A stretch of DNA of 64,000 bases from Massalongia carnosa (Eukaryota): the NCBI GenBank assembly GCA_965645245.1, contig OZ287070.1, forward strand, positions 124,001-188,000. Direction: 5' to 3'. The stretch's first letter is position 1. Every line of letters starts with the position of its first letter. The position numbers and the translations under genes are program-made. Below are positions 36,627-46,493 of the stretch, in pieces. Below the pieces are notes generated by a model, which worked only from the letters and a program-made list of their open reading frames with translations, did no database searches and had not been told where the DNA came from.

Positions 36627-37759
36627 GAGAGTTGATGATGGAGTGGTTGATGGTAAAGTGATGAAAGATTGATGAAAATATGGAGTACGGAGTTGGGTGA
36701 GGTGATGTTTAAAGAGAAAGAAACAACGAACCCTACCTGTTGATATGAAAAGAAAGAAGAGACTAAGCCCAAAAAAGTTGGCACCGCCAGCAAGGTACGC
36801 TCAACCACAACGAAGGGTTAAGACTGATGAGACGTCAACAGAACAATAAGATAGAGTTGAGACTTGGACTCATGACAGCAAGCAGGACTTCTAGACTGAA
36901 CACGGATAACGTGTGTCTGAAGATGCTATCCCTAGTACTCGGGCAGTACCCGGAACCACATGCGATATGAAGTTATACAGAACTTTCACATCGGGCTCCT
37001 GAGGACATGAGCCCTAGAAGGAGGGTAATGTCAGGTCACGCACGTCCTGACATAAGCGAATCGGTAGTTATAACCGATCTCCGATCTCTGACTAGGACAC
37101 GGCTCGTGTTCGTAATCTTCTTTTCATTGTACCAATCATAATCATTGTAATTAAATCAACGGACTGGTGACCCTAAGAAGTGGGGCTATAGGATAAAGAC
37201 CTGATCGCCCACTTCTTTCGAGGGGTCACTGATCAATTTATTGATTTACCACTCTCTATTCGTACATTCATCACGAATCCATATAGTAGTCACGCTGTTA
37301 GACTTGACCCCTTACAGTACCCCTAAGATAATAGGATGGGAGTTTTAATAAAATCCGGATGACCCCTAGGCATAGGAATAAATGGAAGAAAAAGAACACA
37401 TATTCTCCAAATACCTAAGTGACCTTTAACTAGGCAGCTCAAGGAACTATGTGAGGGTGTCGATATATCATTTATTACCACCCGATATTGCCCCTTTACA
37501 ATATAAACTTGAGGAAGAGATTATACGCGCTGCCTATCTTTAGCAATCAAACGTTTATCTGATCTTCCTCAACAAGGTCCTTGATTGTTTCAAACAACAA
37601 GTAAGATTTATTGCAAAAATTGAGTTTTGAACATGGTATAGCACGATAAATTAGTGATTTTTATAAGAGATATATTAACCTAACATAACTATCTCATTGA
37701 GATATGGGCAAAGTCCATGAAGACGAATACTAGAGTGGAATATATTCATCGCAAAATTG

Positions 37760-39790
37760 AGTACCTTCTCCCTTCCTTCCAATGCTCACCGGTGCATCGC
37801 TTCCGCCTCTTCGTACTTGCCCTGCCTCGACAACACCGACCCAAGCTGGCTGACACTGGTGAGCGTGTCTGGGTGCTCTGGCCCAAGTACCTTCTCCCTT
37901 CCTTCCAATGCTCGCCAGTGCATCGCTTCCGCCTCTTCGTACTTGCCCTGCCTCGACAACACCGACCCAAGCTGGCTGACACTGGTGAGCGTGTGTGGGT
38001 GCTCTGGCCCAACTACCTTATCGTATCCTTCCAATGCTCGCCGGTGCATCGCTTCCGCCTCTTCGTACTTGCCCTGCCTCGACAACACCGACCCAAGCTG
38101 GCTGACACTGGTGAGCGTGTGTGGGTGCTCTAGCCCAAGTACCTTCTCGTATCCTTCCAATGCTCGCCGGTGCATCGCTTCCGCCTCTTCGTACTTGCCC
38201 TGCCTCGACAACACCGACCCAAGCTGGCTGACACTGGTGAGCGTGTGTGGGTGCTCTGGCCCAACTACCTTCTCGTATCCTTCCAATGCTCGCCGGTGCA
38301 TCGCTTCCGCCTCTTCGTACTTGCCCTGGCTCGACAACACCGACCCAAGCTGGCTGACACTGGTGAGCGTGTGTGGGTGCTCTGGCCCAAGTACCTTCTC
38401 CCTTCCTTCCAATGCTCGCCGCTCCATCGCTTCCGCCTCTTCGTACTTGCCCTGGCTCGACAACACCGACCAAAGCTGGCTGACACTGGTGAGCGTGTCT
38501 GGGTGCTCTGGCCCAAGTACCTTCTCAGATCCTTTCAAATCTCGTCGGTGCATCGCTTCTGCCTCTTCGTACTTGCCCTGCCTCGACAACACCGACCCAA
38601 GCTGGCTGACACTGGTGAGCGTGTCTGGGTGCTCTGGCCCAAGTACCTTCTCGTATCCTTCCAATGCTCGCCGCTGCATCGCTTCCGCCTCTTCGTACTT
38701 GCCCTGGCTCGACAACACCGACCCAAGCTGGCTGACACTGGTGAGCGTGTGTGGGTGCTCTGGCCCAAGTACCTTCTCCCTTCCTTCCAATGCTCGCCGC
38801 TCCATCGCTTCCGCCTCTTCGTACTTGCCCTGCCTCGACAACACCGACCCAAGCTGGCTGACACTGGTGAGCGTGTCTGGGTGCTCTGGCCCAAGTACCT
38901 TCTCCCTTCCTTCCAATGCTCGCCGCTGCATCGCTTCCGCCTCTTCGTACTTGCCCTGGCTCGACAACACCGACCCAAGCTGGCTGACACTGGTGAGCGT
39001 GTCTGGGTGCTCTGGCCCAAGTACCTTCTCCCTTCCTTCCAATGCTCGCCGCTCCATCGCTTCCGCCTCTTCGTACTTGCCCTGGCTCGACAACACCGAC
39101 CCAAGCTGACTGACACTGGTGAGCGTGTCTGGGTGCTCTGGCCCAAGTACCTTCTCAGATCCTTTCAAATCTCGTCGGTGCATCGCTTCTGCCTCTTCGT
39201 ACTTGCCCTGGCTCGACAACAACGACCCAAGCTGGCTGACACTGGTGAGCGTGTCTGGGTGCTCTGGCCCAAGTACCTTCTCCCTTCCTTCCAATGCTCG
39301 CCAGTGCATCGCTTCCGCCTCTTCGTACTTGCCCTGCCTCGACAACACCGACCCAAGCTGGCTGACACTGGTGAGCGTGTGTGGGTGCTCTGGCCCAACT
39401 ACCTTCTCGTATCCTTCCAATGCTCGCCGGTGCATCGCTTCCGCCTCTTCGTACTTGCCCTGCCTCGACAACACCGACCCAAGCTGGCTGACACTGGTGA
39501 GCGTGTGTGGGTGCTCTAGCCCAAGTACCTTCTCAGATCCTTTCAAATCTCGTCGGTGCATCGCTTCCGCCTCTTCGTACTTGCCCTGCCTCGACAACAC
39601 CGACCCAAGCTGGCTGACACTGGTGAGCGTGTCTGGGTGCTCTGGCCCAAGTACCTTCTCGTATCCTTCCAATGCTCGCCGCTGCATCGCTTCCGCCTCT
39701 TCGTACTTGCCCTGGCTCGACAACACCGACCCAAGCTGGCTGACACTGGTGAGCGTGTCTGGGTGCTCTGGCCCAAGTACCCTCTCTCTT
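37760..39790 (-). repeat. array of 16 near-identical 126-bp TPR-coding repeats
   Basis: Unit EKVLGPEHP(D/H)TLTSVSQLGSVLS(S/R)QGKYEEAEAM(H/Q/E)RR(ALEG[R/Y]|DLKGS), counted 16 times. Confidence 0.97.
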
Positions 39791-42725
39791 GCTTCGACTG
39801 ACATTCGAACAACTTTCTCCGCCGTTCTGTACTCACCTCTAAGGAGTAAGTACCATCCTAAGTTTGAAGCAACCTGTGCCTGATTTGTCACGTCCACCTC
39901 ATCTTCTGTTCCATGGCCAATAGCTTCTCTTGCGTGGGGAAGGAGTACTTGACAATCCGCCCACATCTTATAGTCTCCGCTGGGGAATACTGCGGCTAGA
40001 ACTCTTATCGACTCCTTTGTCCATTTGCTTAGCTGCTTGGCCGCCTCGAGCCACTTTCTCATGGATAGCTGCACTAGACGGTGCATCTCAAATGACTGCT
40101 TTCCGATCTCGGCCCGCACAAGGGAGAAGCTTAGCAACGGCGCCAGAGCGTCGTCAAAGTCGAGTCGACTGGTGCTGTTCCGCAGCAGGGCTATTGGAAT
40201 TCCCTGCCTATCGAACATGCTCATCAATGCAAGCAAATCTGCAGCTGGCTGCTCCGTCTTCTGGATCTGAGTGAACGAGATCTGCCACGTCGCGATAACC
40301 GCATGCCGTATGCTGTAGTCTCGCCGAAGGTCCTTTAGAACGTTCTTGCCTAGGAGACGCACCTGATTGGCCTCGCTCTCACGGAACAGCTCAAGGTAAT
40401 CGGACATCGTTGTCGTGGATGCTCTTGTCTTGATGTACGCCGCAGCGTGGGTAATTGCAAGAGGTATGCGTTCTAGAGCCCGGACAAGCGCCTTCGCATC
40501 CGCTCTACTAGACTCGCTAAATGGTAGCCGTGTGTTGAGCAGCGCTAGAGCGTCCTCTTCATCCATTGGCTCCACCTTGACAACTCTGCCATGCGGCTCA
40601 ACGAGATTTTGTGCCGCAATTTCGTTCCTCGAGGTGATGAGAATCGTTCCGTTCGGCGTTTGAGGGATGAAGCTTTCAAGCGGCCTGGTGTGGCTGGGGA
40701 TGGCGCTCTTCTCCGCAATACCGACGTTATCTTCGTCGGCGGCAAAGAAAACCTCATCGTCGTCGGCATTGTCGATTACCATAAGCCATCGGCCGTTTCT
40801 CTCATCGCCGAGCCAGTCATATACGAGTTGGAGGATATCAGCCTTTGCTTCATCGCGGCTGGGGAGTTCGACCTTGGTAGCGATGTCTCTATAAGCTTGC
40901 TCAAATCTGTTGGCGTTGCTCGCATGCACCCAAAACACCCAGGTTTGCGGAGCCGACTCTCTGACTCTGTACGCATACTCGATAGCGATCTGGGACTTCC
41001 TAGTACGAACATGAGCATTACCTCTCACAGCACAATGTATGGAAATGCATACCCTACGCCTCCTAGACCGCTCAGGGCCACTCGACCGTGATCAGGCAAG
41101 GCTGCTTGTTCAAGCTTCTTGCTTATTGTTGCAAGAATGCCCTCTCGGCCCACGAACGCGCTATCTCTCTGGAAGGGGACCGTGGAACAAGGCTTGGGTC
41201 TGTTTTGCGCTCGCACTAGAACTCGGCCGTTATTACCCAGAAGCAAGCATAAGGACGGTTAAACAGGGACTAATCTTGATGTGATCTAGCATAGAATAGA
41301 AGGCTACGTACAAAAACGAGCCGCAACCACACTCGGTGCATCCTGCTCAAACTGTTTAAGCTTGTCCCGCGCACTGGTATACCCTCGATTATTCCTGTTA
41401 TCAAACTTGACAATCATTGAGTGATCGGAGTCTAGAGGGATCTTTTCCTCCATCGAATCTGGCAGCTGAAGAAGGGCCGAGTCGATATCTACTGTCGTGA
41501 TGAAGTCGCCAGTCCTTCTCCAGCATTTGCTTTCGCGGTCCTGTTGCCAAAATATCAGTGGTCTCCTATAATCTTATCCTAGAGGATCATACAAACTCAA
41601 GCTGCCTAGTCTGCCCCGTCTCGTAGAAGCTTACCACCTTCCGGTCTCGGATGAGATTCTTGAAATCTGCTAGCTGAAACGCTAGCGAGTCAGACTTAGA
41701 TCGGATCTGCTGAAGTAGTGCACTTCGCGGGTGATTGTCCTGCCCAGCCAGCATCTTCTGGATATCATCTACCACGAGCCCCTTGTGTGGAATCCCAAAC
41801 AGAAGCATGCCGTACGTAGCTCTGTAGAGGGTTGCTATCGTTGGATGATCATCTTCGTTGGCCTGAACCGCCTTGACAAGGCACTATGCTGCTGCTTAGC
41901 CTTAGGCATATAGCTGTCACAGCAGACGACCTACGTGAGCAAGTATAATACCACCAAAGCTGTGCGCGATAAAGAAGAGCGGCCGCTGTCTCAGCTAGCG
42001 CATCGCAGCCATCAGCTTCATGCTTCCGCTCGCGATGGTACATTGTAACAGCCGCTTACCTCTTCAGTGTTCCGGACCTTCTTGAGCTCTTCTTCCAGCT
42101 CCCGGCCGTAGTCCATAATTGTGTCGATCCCATGGCTTGACAGCTTGGAGTTGTAGCCATAGATCATCGTGCGGCAGCATGGCAGGTCCTTGGACAGGAA
42201 GTGGTGCAGCCACATTCGCCCGAGGTTTCCCTTTCCCCTCCATGACCCGTATGCGTGTCCGTCAAGGCCGGTGATTGCAATTATACTGAGACGTGGTAGA
42301 TTAGCAGTGAGCAGTAAGAAAGCAGTCAGGAATAACGGACACAGGCTACACATTCAGATAAGTGCTACGTACTCTGCGGCAACCGGCGCATCTGACTTTG
42401 GCGCGTACAGTTGAGTGAATCCGAAGAAGTGGCAGTCAAAGCTAATGTCCGTGTCCGCCATCTCAACCTGCCAGTCTCCCAGCGGGTTTGCTGTCAGCTC
42501 GGACAGGAATCTAGGCACCCCGCCGTGGAACTCCACCAGCGCGACCCTTTCCTGCTCATTTTCGTAGCAAGAGGGTACAATAGCTGCACTTATATCTAGC
42601 TTCGAGTGTTCTTCTTCCGACAGGTTGTTGTTGATGGCATCCCTCAGCGTTATTTTCAGTTCGTCGTCAGACTGCGAGGCTGCGAGACCGGTGACGCGGA
42701 AAACGGTGCCCTTCTTCGTGGCCAT
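37786..42725 (-). CDS. fungal NLR: SesB-like alpha/beta-hydrolase + NB-ARC + TPR repeats (7 exons)
   Basis: Exons 42725-42373, 42285-42060, 41994-41935, 41883-41593, 41540-41312, 41215-41053 and 40999-37786, all with GT-AG introns that keep frame. They build ADIIAITGLDGHAYGSW, IAHSFGG (nucleophile elbow), FGIPHKG, DSDHSMIVKF, P-loop GLGGVGKSQ (split by intron 6), WLMVIDNAD, ILITSRN, IPLAI and MHRLVQ, then 16 TPR units of 42 aa. Confidence 0.93.
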
Positions 42726-42926
42726 CCAGTTTAAGGGCTAATCATCGAGCGCAGCTGTCACCAAGCGTCTTTGAACGGCGGATCGATAGAGGGCCGGCGA
42801 GGGTCGGTTCAGCAGTGAAGCGCTGAACAGAGAGCGGCAACTCGCCTCGCGATGGTCCCCTGCAGGGCTGAGCTGACATGATAGCCACACCCAAATTAGT
42901 ATGGCGTGGCCCCTCTCCCGGCACTA

Positions 42927-44371
42927 ACGTATTAGCCACCCCTGGCCAAGTATCCCCTTCCACCAAAAGGAAAACAACATCACCACGATGCTTCTACCAT
43001 CCCCAAAATTAACTAAAAATATCACTATCCATACGCATTTCTTTCCAGACGGCCTTTGCGAACTTCACTTTACCATTTAAAGCATGATATCGCTCCTTTT
43101 CTCTGGCTAATGCCTCCTCTTTTTGCTGTTTCTCCTCGATCTTAGCCAGCTCCTCACCCACAGTTAGCACCCTCACTTTATCACACCCCTTTCTAGACGC
43201 CTTTTGGCGTCGCTGAGCCTGTTTTTCAAATAGTTCCTGATTGAAATGCCGTAGAATAACTCTATCAGCCACGGGATTCAATGCGGTTGTTTGAAGCAAT
43301 TCAACATGCGCGCGGAGAGATGGAGTTACACGGGTTAACAAAGCATCGCTAGCTACCTGAATGCGTTTGTTCGTTGTGAGGGTAGTGGTAACGATGTTGC
43401 GAGGTGAAGGAATGATAGATCTAGGCAGTTTGCCTAAAACATGCTCGGGATTGTATGGAATAAGACCTGCCCCCCGCCATGCATTCATGATATTGATGAG
43501 GTTGTTTCCCTCTTGACTATCACTTTAGAACTATCCGCAATGCCCATGGCAAAACCCTTTTCATCCATATTGTAAATACCTTCATCTGCGACTCCACACT
43601 TTGCTCGGGTGGTCATGTACAGTTCGAACCATTCCTTCAGGATTTTATTTTGGGATTGTGACGAAGCGAGATAGTGAATAGATTTCTACCATTGCGCCAC
43701 CTGTCCTCCCGAGCAAAAGGCACAATACTTAGTCCGCAGACCAACCTCTATTCTACTATAACTGGGACTCCTGCTATGTTCGCTGTAGGTCCTGCCGTCC
43801 GCACCACGCATGGTCGAACCGTTACAGGGATGACTTGCGTCTTTTCTTGATTGATCCAAATTTCTTTTAAATTTAGTTTTGAATTGGGGATGTCTATTCA
43901 TGATAGTTTTATACCAATGATGTCCTAGGGGTTTTGAGTCCCCTTTTGCTTCCAGCATACTTTTAGTCATGCCCTCAAGGTGTTGAATACTAGGTGGCCA
44001 GCCCCATGCAGTCATCCGATCTATCAACGTGATCAAGCCCTGTTCTTCTTCTACTGTTAGTCTTTGAGTGGCCTCATGGGAGGTTTTTGCGTCACGTCTG
44101 CCTTGAAAACTGGCCTGTAAGGTCGATCAGGGAACTCTGTAAATGCGCGCTATCTCCCGCGGCGAAATGCCCGGGTTTTTGCGTATTTCTTCAATAGCCA
44201 AGTGTAATCTAGTAGCAGAGTCATGTACGGGTATGTTTTTAGGCATTTTATATATATTTTATCGATAAAGGAGTGATGGTGGTGGATTGGAAGGAAAAGA
44301 TTAATATTCGGCTACTAGATTTTGAGGGGTGGCCCGATTGGGTGGCTGGCCCGAGTGGGTGGCTAATACGT
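42927..44371 (-). mobile_element. Fot1/pogo-like DNA transposon 3, internally deleted
   Basis: TIRs ACGTATTAGCCACCC; TA TSD at 42925-42926 and 44372-44373. Transposase pieces: HTH (MPKN...RLHLAIEEI), GWPP..., IYNMDEKGF and AWRGAGLIPYNP; the DDE core is missing. Confidence 0.88.
43657..43826. mobile_element. solo LTR in Fot1-like element 3
   Basis: TGTGAC...GTTACA, 170 bp, TSD GGGAT at 43652-43656 and 43827-43831. Confidence 0.85.
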
Positions 44372-44635
44372 TATTACTTAAGCAACGTATGAATTTCAAT
44401 TAGTGCCTAGTCTTTGTACTCTATAAATAAAAGGAAGAACACAACCTAATTGACTAATTGCACTATATTTTCCGTTTTAAACTTCATCCCCTTCGCCATC
44501 TTCTTAACTATCCCTTTCTTCTAGCTTACACCACTATATCTGCATAACGTTACCTAATGGTTACGGTTGTATCCTTATATAACGTTGGGTAATGTTTTCT
44601 ATCAATGTTTTACCACCACGAGGGATACTGGTTAC

Positions 44636-44848
44636 TGTAAGAACCACTATCCAGGGAAGACGAATAGTAGTCAGCTACCTAAGAGACTAAGCATGAAGAA
44701 GAGAAATCTATCTACAAAGAAGAATGTGAAATCTATATGCCCGTTTGCCCTTCTTCTCGAAGTTTCCATCCGGCTCTAGAAGCTTATCTCCGAAGCTTCG
44801 GTCGGAAAGAGCCGTTGGATTTAGCGCTCCCACACCCGAGTCCTGACA
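44636..44848. mobile_element. solo LTR
   Basis: TGTAAG...CTGACA, 213 bp, TSD GTTAC at 44631-44635 and 44849-44853. Confidence 0.8.
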
Positions 44849-44952
44849 GTTACTAGGTTTTTATTCCTTAAAAGGTTTTCCTATGTACAATAGTCATATA
44901 GAACCACGCCCGCATGGGCCGGCCTTCGGCCAGTGACATATACGCCGCGGAA

Positions 44953-45030
44953 TGGGTTGGGTTGGGTTATTAAAATGAGAACCCAACCCAATAGGTTTGG
45001 GGTTGGGTTGGGTTATCGTTGGGTTACCCA
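44953..45030. repeat. GGGTT/AACCC pentamer cluster in both orientations
   Basis: GGGTTGGGTTGGGTT...AACCCAACCCAA...GGGGTTGGGTTGGGTT...GGGTTACCCAA. Confidence 0.75.
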
Positions 45031-45038
45031 ACAGAAAA

Positions 45039-45113
45039 GGGTACTGATATATGGACACCCTATCCGCTAACTAGACTCTAGGTAGCGGATGGGGTGTCCA
45101 TATATCAGTACCC
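45039..45113. mobile_element. 75-bp fold-back mini-MITE with 8-bp TSD
   Basis: Near-perfect palindrome GGGTACTGATATATGGACACCC...GGGTGTCCATATATCAGTACCC, flanked by ACAGAAAA at 45031-45038 and 45114-45121. Confidence 0.8.
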
Positions 45114-45475
45114 ACAGAAAAAATCTGCGAGTGTAAATGATGACTACTAGCATGACTACCACAAAACACGAATGCAATATTTATCACATGAGTTAGGATT
45201 TTCAATCATTGTAGATTTATTTAATGACTATCATAAAGTAAAATGTAGATTATAGTTAAATGGTATATCAGGTAGGGTGGAGAGAAGACTGCATGAAGGT
45301 GTGTTCTATTGAGATCTGTCTACATGGCTATTATATACTGCCTAGCGCGCCAAGGCTCATAGGGCTGCGCTACACCCGCAAAGGGGTTGGAGGATAATTT
45401 AACAATTATAGATAAAACATTTATTTCGTTGACGTCGAACTACCATAATGAGTATCACAAATTCATATGCTATCT

Positions 45476-46493
45476 TGTCAGGCGATTGGAGGTCACATGA
45501 CCCACGAACCCCTATGAGATATCCCTCAGTTAGCTAGCCTAGACCTCCCATAGATCAATACACACCACTCCTTTTCGCCCATAATCCACATTAGCCCATA
45601 CAGCTTGATAGTTATGAGCCCGGTGAGCATAGAAGCTCCAAATTCCTACTCATTGATCTAGTTGAATAAAACCCTCTTCCCAAAACGATCCAACAAAACG
45701 ATCAAAATGGAGGAGACCAACAAAGCAAAGATAATCGCCCTGACTCCCAAGAATTATCATCTATGGATTAGGGAATTACAAGGAATATCCGAGAAAGCGA
45801 AGGTATGGTAATATGTGGACCCCAATGGTTCAAAACCGGAGCCCGAAGAGGGAGAATATCCGGAAGTTTCACAATATCAAGTCCCTATTCAAGCACAGCC
45901 AGCAGGTGGAATTGCTTACCCCAATATAGAAGGTGGAGTTGTAATAGCCACCAAATCGGCTGAGAAATACGGCGATTTATCGACTGAGCAAAAGGAGGAC
46001 TATAAAATAGAGATATCAGCCTATAAGATGAAGGAAAAACAGATGGAGAAGGTCGCCCAAGGACTCAGAATAGTGGACAATGCACTAAAGAGCTCCGCAC
46101 GAGCATACATCCCCCCCAATAAGATGGCTTCTTCGGTTAGGGAAATAGTGAAAATTCTGGCTGTAAGATATAAGCGGTTAGATGACCAAGTCAAAGAGTA
46201 ATTGCATGAGCAATTTCTAGCCCTAAAAACCCCGCCCATTAAAGATAAAATAGAGTTATGGGTAGCTGATTGGGAGTATATTAGGGACAAATTATTGAGC
46301 TCAATGTAACGGGCCTATTTGGCTCCGAGACCATATTCATCAATGAATTTCTCCAATCAGGGATGAAATGGGCGCCCAATTTCTGTGAAAACTGGGTAAT
46401 GCAGCATAGGGCTGCTAAGACGACGGTTGAATTTTACGAGACAACCAGGGAATATCGTTTAGCCGTGGAGTCATTCCTGAATGAGGCAAAATC
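45476..46493 (+). mobile_element. Ty1/Copia remnant 1 (5' LTR, PBS, partial gag)
   Basis: LTR 45476-45610; PBS GTTATGAGCCC at 45611-45621; gag MEETNKAKIIALTPKNYHLW... from 45707 with stops; cut by Copia 2. Confidence 0.75.

Larger units (their letters stand above)
24175..37316 (+). mobile_element. Ty3/Gypsy chromovirus C (degenerate), hosting Gypsy D and a solo LTR
   Basis: 288-bp LTRs at 24175-24462 and 37029-37316 (7 differences counted); TSD GTACC at 24170-24174 and 37317-37321; PPT AGAAGGAGGG. Confidence 0.95.

Noticed and set aside
37760..39790. CRISPR-like or DGR-like interpretation of the regular repeats
   Set aside because: The units are contiguous coding repeats with no unique spacers, the variation is not adenine-specific, and the nearby RTs belong to ordinary retrotransposons.
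37717..39883. Long plus-strand and alternative-frame ORFs (450, 449, 254 aa) over the TPR array
   Set aside because: These are shadow ORFs: a 126-bp unit without stops in those frames is simply repeated. They have no independent start or domain evidence.
44953..45030. Interstitial telomere
   Set aside because: The unit is GGGTT in mixed orientation, not tandem TTAGGG.
45310..45404. Possible short solo LTR (TGAG...AACA)
   Set aside because: No matching TSD and no second copy in the window.
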